Part shown: positions 14,291 through 27,765 of the stretch, piece by piece
How positions within the stretch are numbered: position 1 is the stretch's first letter
Layout of the letters: the number at the start of each line of letters is the position of its first letter
From: Octopus vulgaris
Taxonomy: Eukaryota
Assembly (NCBI GenBank): GCA_951406725.2
Contig: OX597820.1
Span: 111,290,001 to 111,354,000 of the forward strand
DNA: 64,000 bases
Direction of reading: 5' to 3'
Notes under the pieces: model-generated
The model's input: the letters and a program-made list of their open reading frames with translations, nothing else
What the model was told of the DNA's origin: nothing
Databases searched by the model: none
Translations under genes and position numbers: made by a program

Positions 14291-14479
14291 ACGATTCTGA
14301 CATTTTGTCACCATGGCACAAAATGAATGAATGCCCAAACAGAATAGGAAGGCGGACGCGACAATGTTGCTAGAATGATTCAGTGGAGATATGTGGCAAG
14401 TTTGGATTGGATGGAGCAAAATCTTGGTATGGGCCAGCCTCGGAGAGAGTAGTTCAGAATGATCATATTGGATCATAAT

Positions 14480-14571
14480 TGTTGTAGTGAAAATGGTACT
14501 CCCCTTCCCACGTGACAAAGTGGTATGAAGCAGCGACTATAAAGTCAGACAGTCAGTCGTTGTAGAAAGTC

Positions 14572-14660
<89 letters not shown>

Positions 14661-14824
14661 AGTCGTTGCACAAGTTCTCAGTTGGAGTCAGTGTCAGTTA
14701 CATGATATATAAGAGTTCAAGTTACCGTCAAGGTAGGCGCTTCAAAGTAATTGTCTTGCGGAGCTATCAGCGATAGCACGATAGACGAGTCAAAGGTAAC
14801 AAGACGCGGAATACCGCCTCAACA
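14480..14824 (+). mobile_element. Gypsy LTR with expanded (AGT)n, followed by a degenerate PBS
   Basis: TGTTG...CAACA ends, then tagtgacgac (resembles tggcgacgag); 5' end shared with 14250 and with 3451 (-). Confidence 0.6.
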
Positions 14825-14894
14825 TAATAGTGACGACAAGAATATCACAGCGCCGACAATAGCATACAAGTGGACGAAGATCCACATTACAAAA

Positions 14895-15605
14895 GTTTTG
14901 CATCGCAAAAAAACTGAGGCCATCACCTGGACCTGGCCCTCTTTGGAGCAGGTGAGGAGGGGTGTTTCCACTGCATGGATTACCTCTTTCTCTCTAGCTC
15001 AAAGTGATCAACCCAACATTCATCTTGTCTTAGGAAACGTTCAATGAAACCAGCTGGATTTGCCTGAAACAGTGACAGATTCTTCCGTCATGTGATCAGG
15101 CTGGTGCGTTTTTGATCAGGTGTCAGAGGATGTGGCACCCACTGAGCAGAAACCTTTGTCATGCAAACTTCATCGTATAGAATATTCTCAAGTTTTTCAC
15201 GGGATATGCCAATAGCATTGGCTATTTGATTTATAGTCAAACACCTGTCATCCATCACCATGTGATGAACATGATCAATGTTTTCCTCGGTGGTGGAAGT
15301 TACAGGACGTCCAGACCGCTTCAAGACCCTCCCTTCCCCTCCTGAATTCAGCCACTCACTCTTGCTCTGTTGATAAAGTTGGAGCGTCATCCTCTAATGT
15401 AGCAACCATGTCAGTATGAATGTCCTTGGGGACTAAACCCTTTTTTCTGTAAGTACTCGAGAACACCACGACGCCAAATTTTGTCACTTTTCAAAAGAAG
15501 TCGCTACTAGTTATTTTTGAAGTCTTCTTTGAACAGTCAGTTTACTTCGAACGAAACAATGCAGAAGGGTTGAAATTAATGCATGCAAGATTTCACAGCT
15601 TTGCC
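14895..15605 (-). mobile_element. Mariner transposon, 5' half (HTH, WVPH linker, first catalytic D)
   Basis: RSGRPVTSTTEENIDHV..DDRCLTINQIA..KVSAQWVPHPLT.DQKR, QDECWV, SMQWKH..SP, VMASVF.DAK. Confidence 0.85.
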
Positions 15606-15880
15606 TTAATTCAATTTTTTTTTTTTTTGAGAGCGGTCCATTTGACCAAATGTCAACGGACAATGACACTACATTGTCAAACAAAATCATTAAGAGTGTT
15701 GAAGAAAATGTTGTATAACTGCTTAAAGGCCGAATGTAAATTGTGATGTAGAAAGGTCATCACAAAACAATTAAGGCCAGAGATGACAGTAATGTGTCTC
15801 GCCATTCAAGGTAGTTTTCTGGTTTAAAATGTCGTCCAAATCAGAACAGATGGACTGCGTCAGTACTGCAAAGAAGTATA

Positions 15881-17013
15881 TCTCTCTATATATAAACGGC
15901 AGTTTGTCTGTCTGTGTGCCTGTGTGTCTGTCAGATTGTACCCTCACTCTGACCACGGCTTTCAACCGATTCTGATGAAACTTGACACACACATAGCCCA
16001 ATGTCATAATTCAAAATTAACGCAGCGAGAATTTTGAAAAGTTCCCCCAGTTCTGAAAAAATTGATAAATTCGACATGGGGTTGAGAATCTAAGCTTTTT
16101 ATATGCAACACATTTTCTGTTGTAGTTTTCGCAACTTGCAATCGATTTTCACTAAACTCATGGTAAAGCTTAATGTTACCCTAAGAAACTTAATTCTGAC
16201 GTTAGTTTTCCATGCAATACCTTACCATCAGAAAAAATCGATAAAATCATGCCATTTTGGGAAATCGCGTTCATATTCAAGATGACATATTTTCGACAAT
16301 TGGCAGGAATTTTTTTTTTAATTCACAGCGAGCATCATGTCTGCTCCAAGGAGCTATATGGCCCTTTTTATTCCAATAGGATACTTTATTACTGGAAAAA
16401 ACCCGGTTAATTAAATCATATGTGGCACACATAGCAAACCGATTTGTGTATTAAACACAAACCACAGACTGTCTAGGGGACGCAACTCGACCTTTTTAAC
16501 TCTCGGAATAAGTATCCCAAAATGTATAAAAATGTACAAAAACGGCAAAAAAGCGGGCAGCAATGTGAGTGACAACAACGAAAAAGTCGAAAGTGACCAA
16601 ACTGAACAAACGAATGGAAAAGGTTTTTTGGTGCACACGACAAAAGCGGTTTATAATAAACCAAGAGTTTGCAAGTAGGACCCTTAGGGTACGTCAAAAA
16701 TTTAAGGTAAAACGTTTGGGGTGGTAGTTATAAAGAAAGTTTAAACAAAAAAGTATTCGAATAACTTGCGGCTGCAGCAGCTATTAGCAGAAGTGGCGAT
16801 GTTGGGGGTAAAGTCTCGAATGTAATTTCTTCCTGGTAGGAACTGGTTGGGTTGAATTATCGATAGCTGTTTGATAGTTATTTGGGAGTGAAGAGAAGAC
16901 ATTGCAACCTACACATGCGCCTTCGTTCCCTAGAGGGAAAGGACTAGATTGGGATTAGTCGTTGCATACTAGGGGCTCTTACATACCCGGGCAACGCCGG
17001 GCTATGCTGCTAG
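15881..17013 (+). mobile_element. Non-autonomous Helitron
   Basis: A|TC..TATATATAAA 5' end, (GTCT)-like repeats, 3' hairpin cccgggcaacgccggg, CTAG|T end, no TSD. Confidence 0.85.
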
Positions 17014-17879
17014 TTTAAGTATAAGCATTGGCATCCACAAACTATGTCGGTATCTTCGGAAGAAATGGATGTTCCTCGAACATTCTGCCTGTAAATGGAG
17101 TTCCCCATCACATCCTACATGTACGATTGATGGTTAAGCTAGTTCATCTAATGATTAAATAAACAATGAAAGACAAGTGTAGGGAGTTTAGATCGAAGGT
17201 GACCATCTTTTTGGTTACATGACAATATAGCGAAATAACAGTGCAAATATGACTCAGTTCTATTGCTATTGTTATTAGTCGGTAGTGATCTTTAAGATCA
17301 GGGAATATTTGATGTAAAATAGACGTACGATTAATTAGAGAGAGAACAAAATGGATGGCTGAAGGAGCGAAACGATGCGTTTATTATCTGTCATCTCAGC
17401 ACAACAAGATTATCACAGTTTGGGAGAACCTGTACAAGAGTTTTCCTAACCCAAGGCTTATAGGTTTCCTGTTGTTTATGTGCATATACGTATTTCAGTG
17501 AAAGTGCTTATACAAAAGCAGTTGACAAGCAGTGTCAAATGTATAAAAGATTTTTACAACAGAAGAGAAACAGGTGGCGAAGCTTTTGTTTACCTCAACC
17601 ATGATACATCAAACGGTATAAAATATAACAAGTGCTGAAAATATAAATTCATTTAATGTAGCTGGAACGTGCTATGTAATTGGCTCTCTATCGTATATAG
17701 CGGTTAGTTTTTTTGATTTACGAGGACAAGAATAACCACATCAAAAGATTCCATACTTTTAACATACATATCTAAAAATGTTTGTATTTCTGTAGATAAA
17801 TATAAACTTTTGTTTCATTTATTCGGTAAAATGTATAACTTATCGTTGTAATCTAAATAATTTCGGTTTAAAAAAAATT

Positions 17880-17993
17880 ATATATATATAAACATATATA
17901 TGTGTATATATATATGCACACACACACAAAAACATGTATGCATATGTATTATATATATAATATACATATATATATATTGAGAGAGAGAGAAAC

Positions 17994-18052
<59 letters not shown>

Positions 18053-18229
18053 TATGTGCATGTGTATATGTGTATATATCTATATACGTATACATTATAT
18101 CGAAAGATAGATTAAAAACATAGAGACACATACACAAATACACACACGTAGGTCGTTCTATCCGTGTAGTTTATTGCATTTTTTTACTTTGTGCTTTATA
18201 TATCTATGTGTGTGTGTGTGTCTGTGTGT

Positions 18230-18278
<49 letters not shown>

Positions 18279-18433
18279 CATCTGTGTGTGTGTCTGTGTG
18301 TCTGTGAACAAAAACACCATCCCGGGCAGTTTTCTGCTAATCAGTGTGATAAGGTTAGGGATATACATTGCGTGTACGCATATATATATGTGTGTGTGTG
18401 TGTGTGTGTACGAATATGTATATATGTATATGT

Positions 18434-18493
<60 letters not shown>

Positions 18494-18565
18494 ATATTAT
18501 GATAATATATATGTGTGTAAATATTTGATCTCATTTATATAGTTATACATATTCGTATATACGTA

Positions 18566-18624
<59 letters not shown>
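17880..18624. repeat. Compound (TA)n/(TG)n/(CT)n microsatellite block
   Basis: Direct inspection. Confidence 0.9.
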
Positions 18625-18627
<3 letters not shown>

Positions 18628-20199
18628 GATATAAGTGTGTGGGGAGGAAGTGTCGTGATAAAACCTGTAAACACGCTACTCATCAATAGTTGTATATCTA
18701 TATTTCACTTTGTTTTCTTTATCCAAAACAGTCGACATTTTATGTCCCTCAAAATATTTTTCTCTACACCAATATGTAACCTTCTCAACTGGGATATATT
18801 TCTCAGATGAATGCTTTGTTAGTTTACAACTGATTTTACTGTTGTTCTATAACAATAGCGGTAGGCATACGCGCTGAGGATGTTTTTATTTGTTTATTTT
18901 GCTTCCTTTTGTTGTTGTTAACATCAGAACATATGTGTAGGTCCGCGCGTGTGTATTGGTTGACTTTAGTTGTTTTTGAACTTCTTTATCTTCATTTCAG
19001 TGTCAATATGTTGGTAGGTTTTCGGCACGCAGGCGTTGTTACTCCACTCGTTCTTCCTACTGTGTTATTGGTAGTCTGCCTCCTGAATTTAATTTCTGCA
19101 GTCTTAAAACAGATTACAGAAGCTACACAAACACATAGAGCAGACTATTCCTACATGCTTGATCTGAAGAATGAGTAGGGTAACAAAGTCCCTTACTAAT
19201 GGCAATTATACTCAAAATAAGTAACATAATTAACTAGCGATTTAAATTTTGTCTATATTTTTTTATAAAAGTTGTTACTTAGTACATTCTTTGTTGTTCT
19301 ATTGTATTTTCCACACTTGTATAGTGGAAATTGCTCGGAATTCGACCGCCTATTTCCTGCACATCATTCTAAATATACTGATTATGTATTTGTTGTCGGT
19401 GAACTGTAATCCGTTTTTCCCAAATAACATACATGATTGACCGAGTCTCCCCACATCCACTGCAGAGTATGATATGAATTAAGATTTCAATTGAGCTCGT
19501 AAGATTGTTTTTATTTTAAAATTCTGCACTTATTTAAAATCTAACTCCGAGCCTTCATATAAATTAATAAAAATTCTACAATTTGCATTATTTTACTGTT
19601 GGCCGTGATACAATGATGATAAGTAATCGAACATTTAAGCTTATTTTGTGGTTTTTGCCGGATTTTTTCTTTTCTTTTTCCTTTTTTATTTATTTATTTA
19701 TTTTGCTGGGGTGGCGGTCTTCTAATTTTTTTGATTTTCATCGTGTTAAATTTTTATGAATCATATTAAAATCCTCAAAATTTATAAACTTTTATGTTAA
19801 GTAAAATGTTTGTTTTTCTTCTGTTATGGTTTTTAAACCACGGATAACAATTACTCATACTCTTTCGTTACCTTTCTCTTTCTCTCCCTCTCCCTTCCCC
19901 TCTCTCTGTCCCTCTCCCTCTTCCATTGTCATTTAGTAGTAGTGGATACCATCTTTCAATCAAAATTCCGATTTGATACGTTGGTACATATTCTTTAAGC
20001 TAAATTGAGCGAATGTTGAATCCCGTGCGTGTTATATAAGATCATATTGTACGATTTATATTTTCATCTCGCGTAGCGACGCCTATAATCTTAAAATTCT
20101 TTCTGAGTTACTGCTTCATATTTAAGCTAAGATCTACAAGACTTCCAGCCTTTTCCATCTTGTACAATTTGTCCTTACATTCGGTTGTTTGTCTTTTCT

Positions 20200-20480
20200 C
20201 TGATGATTTTTGTGAAAAGTTTAGCTGGGTTGTTATGGGCTCTGTGATGACCGACTATACAAACTTATTTGTAGGCTATATTAAAGTTACTCCAGAACTG
20301 TGTGACAGATATGTTGATAACTGCATTAGTGTCACTTCCCTCAACAGATATCAATCAAACTTTCACCTCGTACTCCAACATTTTTCACCGTGCACTGGAA
20401 TTCAGTTCCAGTGTCTGCCACCCTTTCTAGATATCCCAAAGGACATTCCTGACCACTACGCCAATTCTTTTCTCTAGGAA
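20200..20480 (+). mobile_element. Decayed Penelope-like RT core fragment
   Basis: VVMGS..DYTNLFVGY..RYVDNCI and PFLDI resemble GxAMG..SYANLFMG..RYIDD..FLD. Confidence 0.6.
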
Positions 20481-20899
20481 GAAAGAGTTGCGTGTAGTAG
20501 TTGGTGCAGTACCTGTGAGTGGAGACAACTTAATTGGCGAGAGGGAAAGAGACGAATGGTTTGTAATTCCTTGGGGAGAAATCATATGAAACTAACCAAC
20601 TTTGAAAAAACAGAGGTTGCAGCAGTGGAAAAGCAGAAAAGGCAGCGAGAGGACGCACTATGTCTATTGGCCAATGTCTGAAGTGTCTGAACGAGCGATT
20701 TCATGTTAATCAATCGAGTGGTTTCTCTTTAGATGCAGTCTAGGATTCATGTATGTGCTTAGCAACAGAACAGTTCAAGATGTAGGAGCAGTGCACTATT
20801 GTGAGTCTCACTGGAACTTTCTATGGTATCAGTAGTTGTTATTGGGGGGAAGGTGAAATATCATATGACCCGGATGATGCAATACAATTTCTGTAGTTT

Positions 20900-21530
20900 T
20901 TGTTCTGTTGCTTGCTTTTTGTATGCAAGCCAACGGGGCTCACTCTGAAAGCTCTTAATTTTTTCATACTGAATGTACCGGCCGTTCGGTTGTTGGGCGA
21001 AGACCATCCTCGGTGATGGTGAGGCCTAACATCCGAGAGTGCAGTGGAGTGCCACAATGTTTTCTTGATATGTGCAGTGACTGTACCCTTTCGTTTGTAA
21101 AGATAACTAAGTTATCACGGCACTAAGAGTGGATGCACTTGAGGATTCTGTTCGCAGAATTAGTAGAGATTTGGTGTAAGAACTCAAGGTTAACATCACG
21201 TGGTTTGAAGCTTGGTTGTAAATGCTTAAGGAAGAATGAAGAGTGGTATTATCTACTTAATAAGGGGCGTTGCTGACGACAGTGAGCAGGAGCATGAGGG
21301 TGGGATATAAAACTGAACCTCAGGTACATCAGAGTTGAAAGAGAGAAGTCTATCAGCAGACGCCGTATTAATGAGATTTGAGAGAAAGCACTCTTTCTGA
21401 AAGACGAGAGTGGTATGAAGTCAATTGGCAAGCAATTTGTACAGAATACTCGCATTCTCAAGACAATGGGAAGGTTTGTGAATGCTGAAAGCAACAAAGC
21501 ATCTTTAACCAGATTTATCGTGGGAATGAG
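20900..21530 (-). mobile_element. Decayed Penelope-like C-terminal fragment
   Basis: Remnants resembling IPxSQFLRLRRICS (~21400-21520) and the GIY-YIG tail (~20930-21010). Confidence 0.45.
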
Positions 21531-21659
21531 TGGCGAGTGACGGTAGGAGAGCAGGTCTCCGGTAGACCTGGTTTTGCGAAAGATGTATTAATCGTCATGA
21601 GTGGGAGGGGATGGATTCAAGGTGTGGGGAAAATTTGTTGTTAATGGCTGGCTACATCA

Positions 21660-22806
21660 CTACTAAGATTACTGTAATGAATATCTGGACAGTTGCGGTG
21701 GTCAGATATAGTGCGTCCATCCTCAAATGGACTAAGGAGGAAATATCAATACTGGATAGAAGGGCAAGAAAGTTGATGACGCTACATGGGGCGCTACACC
21801 CCAAAGCAAACGTAAACAGACTGTATATGAAAAGAAAGAATGGTGGCAGAACGCTTCATCACTATTTGATAAATAGTGATGAAGACCTGCTGCATTATAC
21901 CGCGAAAGATATGAATGTAAATGTAGATGAAATGATGGGCAAGGAAGAGTTTAACCAAAGAGCTGAGGAGAAGAGAAAAGAAGACCTTGAAATGAGAATG
22001 CATGGACAGTTTGAAAGGAATACACAAGACGTTAAGGATAATACAGCATCGTGGGTATAGCATAAGCGAGGTTATCAGAAGCGTACCATCAAAAGCCTTA
22101 TCATTGCTGCACAAGACCAGGCTCTCGCTACCAATTCAGTGAAGTATAACATCTATAAAACTTCTGATACCCAGAAATGCAGACTCCAGAAAGAGTGTGG
22201 AAAATGTGACCCACTTGGTAAGTGGATGACAAAAAAAATACAAGCGCCGCCACGATAAAGTAGTATGTGTATCTTCAATGGCTCTTATGCCGTAGATACC
22301 AATATGAAGTAACAGAGAACTAGTATGAGCATGTACCAAGTAAAGTTATGCAGGAGGATGGAAAGGAAAAGATACTCTGGGATTATGATTTTCAGAGGAT
22401 CGTGTAATCGAACACCGTCTGCCGGATATTGTCATACTAAATAAGAGAGACTAATACTGCCAGATCATTGATGTAGCCATACCAAATGACATGAATGTTG
22501 TGAGTAAAGAGGTTGAAAAAATCACCAAGTACTCCGAATTGAAAGTGGAAATGGTAAGACTGTATGGAATGCGAGAGGGTAATGTAAAAGTGATACTAGT
22601 GGTGATCGGAGGGCTGGGCTCAAACCCATTGAACTTCAAAACTGCTTAAGGCAACTGGAAATCCTATGCATGATTGATGTCTTGCAAAAAGCAGTCTTAT
22701 TGGGCACAGCGCACATCTTAAGGAAAGTATTATGTGTCTGAGGTCCTTGTTGTGACTTGACAGATGACTAAAGACTCCGGTGCATTTTTACCTACACTGT
22801 GTTACG
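21660..22806 (+). mobile_element. 5'-truncated RLE-type LINE (R4/Dong/Hero-like) with (GAA)n(CAA)n tail
   Basis: NIWTVAVVRYSA.ILKWT..LDRRARKLMT..LHPKANVNRLYMKR..GGR; AAQDQAL.TN; ENVTHLVSG..YKRRHD; ILWDY; HRLPDIV..IIDVAIP; LQKAVLLGTAHILRKVL. Confidence 0.88.
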
Positions 22807-22807
22807 A

Positions 22808-22927
22808 AGGAGGAGGAAGAAGAAGAAGAAGAAGAAGAAGAAGAAGAAGAAGAAGAAGAAGAAGAAGAAGAAGAAGAAGAAGAAGAAGAAGAAGAAGAAG
22901 AAGAAGAAGAAGAAGAAGAAGAAGAAG

Positions 22928-22969
<42 letters not shown>
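22808..22969 (+). repeat. (GAA)n-(CAA)n microsatellite
   Basis: Direct inspection. Confidence 0.95.
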
Positions 22970-23193
22970 AGCGACGACGACGAGGATTTCTTTTATTGAC
23001 TACAAGAAATCAAGACATCAAAAGATGAAATAGCTAGTGGATATTTGCTCCTTCGAAGCAATGCCACTAATGATTTTCGTCGGTTATTGATATATTTCTG
23101 AGTTTTTTAACACTATACGACTATTATAAAAGCTGCTTTCTCGAGATGAAAACCGTAGTTTATCGGACTTTCACTGATGCATATGCTTTACAT

Positions 23194-23233
<40 letters not shown>

Positions 23234-24101
23234 TATAACGCCACTAGGTCTTCACATAAATGAATAAAAACACATTGACTAAATATTATCTGTTCCCTAA
23301 TGTTCACAGCATTAATTCTCATATGATGTCCTTTTACTTTATCTGTTATATACTTAATTAGTTCTAATGAATTCTTGTTGCCTGCAGCGGAACTGAACAA
23401 ATATGGAGTGGAAGTAAACGATATTTCCAGAGCAATTGTTATGTCTTGCATAAAAACATTTGCTGCTGGTTTCGTCAGTCAGCTATCTCTCTACTTATCA
23501 GTCAATCTGTTCCTCTCTCTCTTTCTCTCTCTCACTCCCTCTCTTTCTCCCTCTCACTCACTCCCTTCCTCTCTCTTTCTTTCTCTCTCTCCCTCTCGCT
23601 CTCCTTATTTTTTTCTCTCTCTCTCTCTCTAACTCACTATCTATCACTTTTTCTGTCTCTCTCGTAATTGGATGTGTTAGTTTAAATAAATACATACATG
23701 CATACATACATTCATACATACATACATACATACATACATACATACATACATACATACATACATACATACATACATACATACATGCATGCATACAGACGGA
23801 CGGACGGAAAGATGGATGGATGGACGAATGGATGGATACATAGATACATAGATGGTGAATATCATCATGCTTCACAAAGAATATTAAGTTGAATTCAATG
23901 ATGCATAATGCATTCGCAATTTCATCGATATAAAGAAATAATAGTTTTTGCGTCGATTTTTTCTTTCTCTCTCTCTCTCCTTCTATCCATCTCTCTCTCT
24001 CTCTCTCTCTCTCTCACTATGTATCTATCTGCCTCACTCTAAGGATGTGCGAGTCATTGCACGTATTTGTGCATATCTATATTAATGTGTGTGCGTGTGT
24101 G

Positions 24102-24190
<89 letters not shown>

Positions 24191-24219
24191 GGATAGATAA
24201 GTATATCTATCGATCACAG

Positions 24220-25560
24220 GAAAATAAATTGGGCCTTATTACCCGATTTTCTACAGACATTGGGATGAAATTTGGTGAGTCCAAATGTTCATTTTTAACA
24301 ATAAAACGTGGAAAAGTTGTGCTCTTCTCTGAGAACCTAAGAATGAATGGCTTTATAATACAACCTCTACAGTCAGGGGACAATCATAGGTATCTTGGAC
24401 AAGATGAGAATGTCTGATATGACGGACCGAAATAAGGAGATTACCAGGAATGAAATATTTCAGGAGAATAGGAAGAATATGGTCATCAGAACTCTCAGCT
24501 TGCAGCATGCATATTGCCCTATACCTATTTTTGAATCGGTCTGTAACGGGTAAGATTTTTGTTAGTAAACAATATTATGAAATGTCGGAGTCAGTAGTTG
24601 TAACGAAGAAAAATTTGTTGTTATAACTGCATACTGTAGGATGTGAAAGATGGACAATGCATGAAGTTTTAAGAAAGAATTTATTTACCATTACGTTACA
24701 ATACCTTGCCTCGACAGGCAGGTTATGATAAATCCAAAAGCATGCGAAGTAAAGTTTGTGTTTGTGTTCTCTTCATTGTTTAGTAGTAACTGCAGAGAGA
24801 GATAGAATGATGTATGAGAACAGAATTAGAGTTAGTGAGAGTCGTAGAGTGTTGTCTCACAGCTGCTGACAGTAAGCTTCATTTCTCCCTCTGACCAAAG
24901 TTCAAGCTGGTCAGCCAGACTTCGTCGTCACCGAAGTGACTAACTGATTTTTGCTTGGGGTGTGCTTATATAACAATCCAGAAGGATAGATATATCATAG
25001 ATATATCATTGAGAACAATAGATTTAGTTGGTGGTCTTGTTATCTCTATTCTAGCTTTTGGTGAAGTAGAAGAGGTTAGAAAGGGTCAAGTGGTGAAGAC
25101 ATTATTTCGGCCTAGCTAAAGGCATCTGAAAAATGTAAAACTGCTGTCAGAGAAAAACCATTATTCCACCATGGGAAAAGTTCTGTTGCAGTGTTAATTT
25201 AAATTTGTGTATGGTGGATCGAATCCACTTCATGCATGCAAGATCCACTATAGGTCACTACAACAACTCAATAAGATAAATATTCGAACTCGTAAGATGC
25301 TCAGTGTTACAGGAAACTTCAACATCAGTGGAGATGTAGACAGGCTATACTTCCTACGCAAGGATTGTGGCCGTGGTCTCAAATCTGTATAGATATCATA
25401 TGAATGAAACAATGCCTGCAGCGGAGGAAAGGGATCAGTAACTATCTCGCCCAAGTTTGTGATCTTGAAATCAACAACATAATTAGGATAGCTAATAAAC
25501 TTGAGGAGAGGTTTGAAATAAGAGCTGATATAGATCTCTCCCCAAGGAGCATTGGTAAAA
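24220..25560 (+). mobile_element. RLE-type LINE RT/thumb fragment, interrupted by an insertion
   Basis: FSTDIGMKFGESKC..YLGQDEN, then after the insertion RTRKMLSVTGNF...DVDRLY..RKDCGRGLKS. Confidence 0.75.
24542..25172 (-). mobile_element. Probable solo LTR inserted in the LINE
   Basis: Non-coding block interrupting LINE homology; TGTAAC ends at 24542 and ~24599; minus-strand TATA (~24965) and AATAAA (~24682). Confidence 0.4.
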
Positions 25561-26900
25561 CACGGGCCATTATCCTGATGGATGCCTTTTTGGTAGTGAA
25601 TACTGACTCAATTTGCTCCTTATCACTCCTAAGGGGAAGCTGGTGTACTGTGTCTTGGTCGGGTGTTCAAGAGCAATCACTCGTGGTTGTGGAACTTTGG
25701 CTAACTGTAAACCCTTGATAATCTACCCATGCGGTATACTATCATATGCCTTCTGGTAGTCCAACTACACTACGGTTAAGTTCCTGCGATTTTTTTCTTT
25801 GCTTTTTCTTGGATCATTTTCTAAATTGATAGATGATGTATACCACCTCACATCTTTCCTCCAGCATGCTCAGGTGTTATAATGTTTGTGGCAGATAGAT
25901 GTACCCAATATATAAAATGTAGATGATGTTCTGGCGGGCTATTGGGCGGTAATTTTTAGCAGGGGTGGTTTGGCTAATTGTGGGGATTAGGAAAGTATTT
26001 GGAGTTTATAATCATTGAAGCAGTTTTTGTGTGCCCCTGATGCTTTCTCTATGCAATTGTATGAGATCTCGCCGATAAAAGGGGAAATTCTTCAGCCAGT
26101 AACCTGTCATGAGGTCTGGGCCTGATGATTTCTTGTTTGACATTTTCGGTAGAACCGTCTCCAGTATTTCACCGTTTATTTCATATTGCTTTTGCTGGAC
26201 ATTCCTGCAATAGTCCTGCTCCAGTTCTTTTAGCCATACAGCTTGTTTGTTGAACTGGTCATTTGTTTCTCGTTCAAATTTCCTGTAACCCTTAACCTGA
26301 TCTCTTGTGGAGATGCCTTTTACAGAGATTGAGCCTTTCGTATTGAAGCTGTGATAAACTGCCTTGGGATTCCTGGCAAATAATTTATTGAGCATTTTCT
26401 GCTTATATGTTATAGTATTTCAGTTTTTCAGCTGTGAGTGGTTGTTTCAGCTGGTACAGTTTTTAATCCTGTATCACGAAATAGCCTCTAGAGTTGTTCT
26501 GTTTTTTTTTTGTTTTTGTTTTTTTTTTCTGAGGTCTTCCTGATGTCGTGTGAAGTTGTTCTCTGTGTTACATATCATAACTACAACAATCTGTGAGATA
26601 CTTTTTCGCAAGAGTAAAATTTTTATTTTTTAAATTACGCGCAAATACTGGTTCGGGCTTTCTGTTTGAATCTCGATTGCTGGCTTCAGCTCTTTGCGAT
26701 ACGCTAGTAATGTAATAGCTTAGACATATGTCAAAAGCTTAAATAGTTTCGTAAGTTGTTTTCATACTTCTAGATTGTGTCAATTTCAGGTTTTTTCCTG
26801 TTTCGTTAACAACTCTAATTCTAATTTACTGGGTTCTATACTTGTACTGGTGCTGTACGGCCGGTCATTCAAATTAAGATTGTGGACTTGTTGAAACATA
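25560..26900 (-). mobile_element. RLE-type LINE upstream RT region in opposite orientation
   Basis: ORF 26012-26395 NKLF..NPKAVY..GPDLMTGYWLKNF; NYRPIA, LDYQKAYDS and GIHQD remnants further downstream on the minus strand. Confidence 0.75.
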
Positions 26901-27765
26901 TCATTCTAGACCGCTTGTAAGATGCCCGCAAGTTTTTGGTGTTCTGTTTGTACAGCATAGGATTTCAGCTAAATGGTTGATGTGTTGTTTACTGCTAGAT
27001 TTAGCTGACCGTTCTGTCTATCCATCAGTGGAAATGAGATGATTATCTTCAATGGCTGGCTTTATAGTGTCAGCGTGCTTTGAATCAGGCATATCCTTTA
27101 GATGTATCAATTTACATCAGATACGTTTTGCTGGTTCATTTCAGTGTTTGTGGGGAAAATCTGATTCTGGGTGTTTGGGGTTCAATAATTTTTTTTAAAC
27201 CGAACTTCTGGAGATCAGATTGTATATGTACTTCGTATAATTCTTTGTTAAGATTGTAGGTTCATTGTCCGCAGTGGTTGTAGTCACGGTTTGATCAAAG
27301 AAAACTTGTATGTTTAGCCAAGATTTTGTCTATTCACTGATATTTGTATTTATTTTTCAAAATAGAAAATAATCTTTAAAAGTTTCAACAAAGTTTTGTC
27401 AGAATTAAATTTAAAGTTGTTCACAGCTTTGGGTAATCTTCCCTTTCGGGTTGTTTTTAATTCTACATTGTATTTAGACGTACATATTAAGCTTTTGTTC
27501 TTTTTTTGTCTTTTACGAGAAATGTTTTGAAACGTTACTTGATTATCGTTACAGTGCTGTGTTTACATAAATATGTTAAGATGTATGTATCATTTATATA
27601 GATATGCTGCAATATATGTAATATTTAAAACACTTATGTAGAAATATTCGTATGCAATTTTACCGCACTCTGTAGCTCAACGTTTTCAGTATTTGGTATC
27701 TTGACTTCATGTGAGCAGTAATTACACACGTCTGAGTATTTAACTGACCATAATGGTCGCCGTAT

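Noticed and set aside
18840-19180. Possible promoter or exon (ORF 18909-19178)
   Set aside because: No recognisable protein motif and no consistent splice partners.
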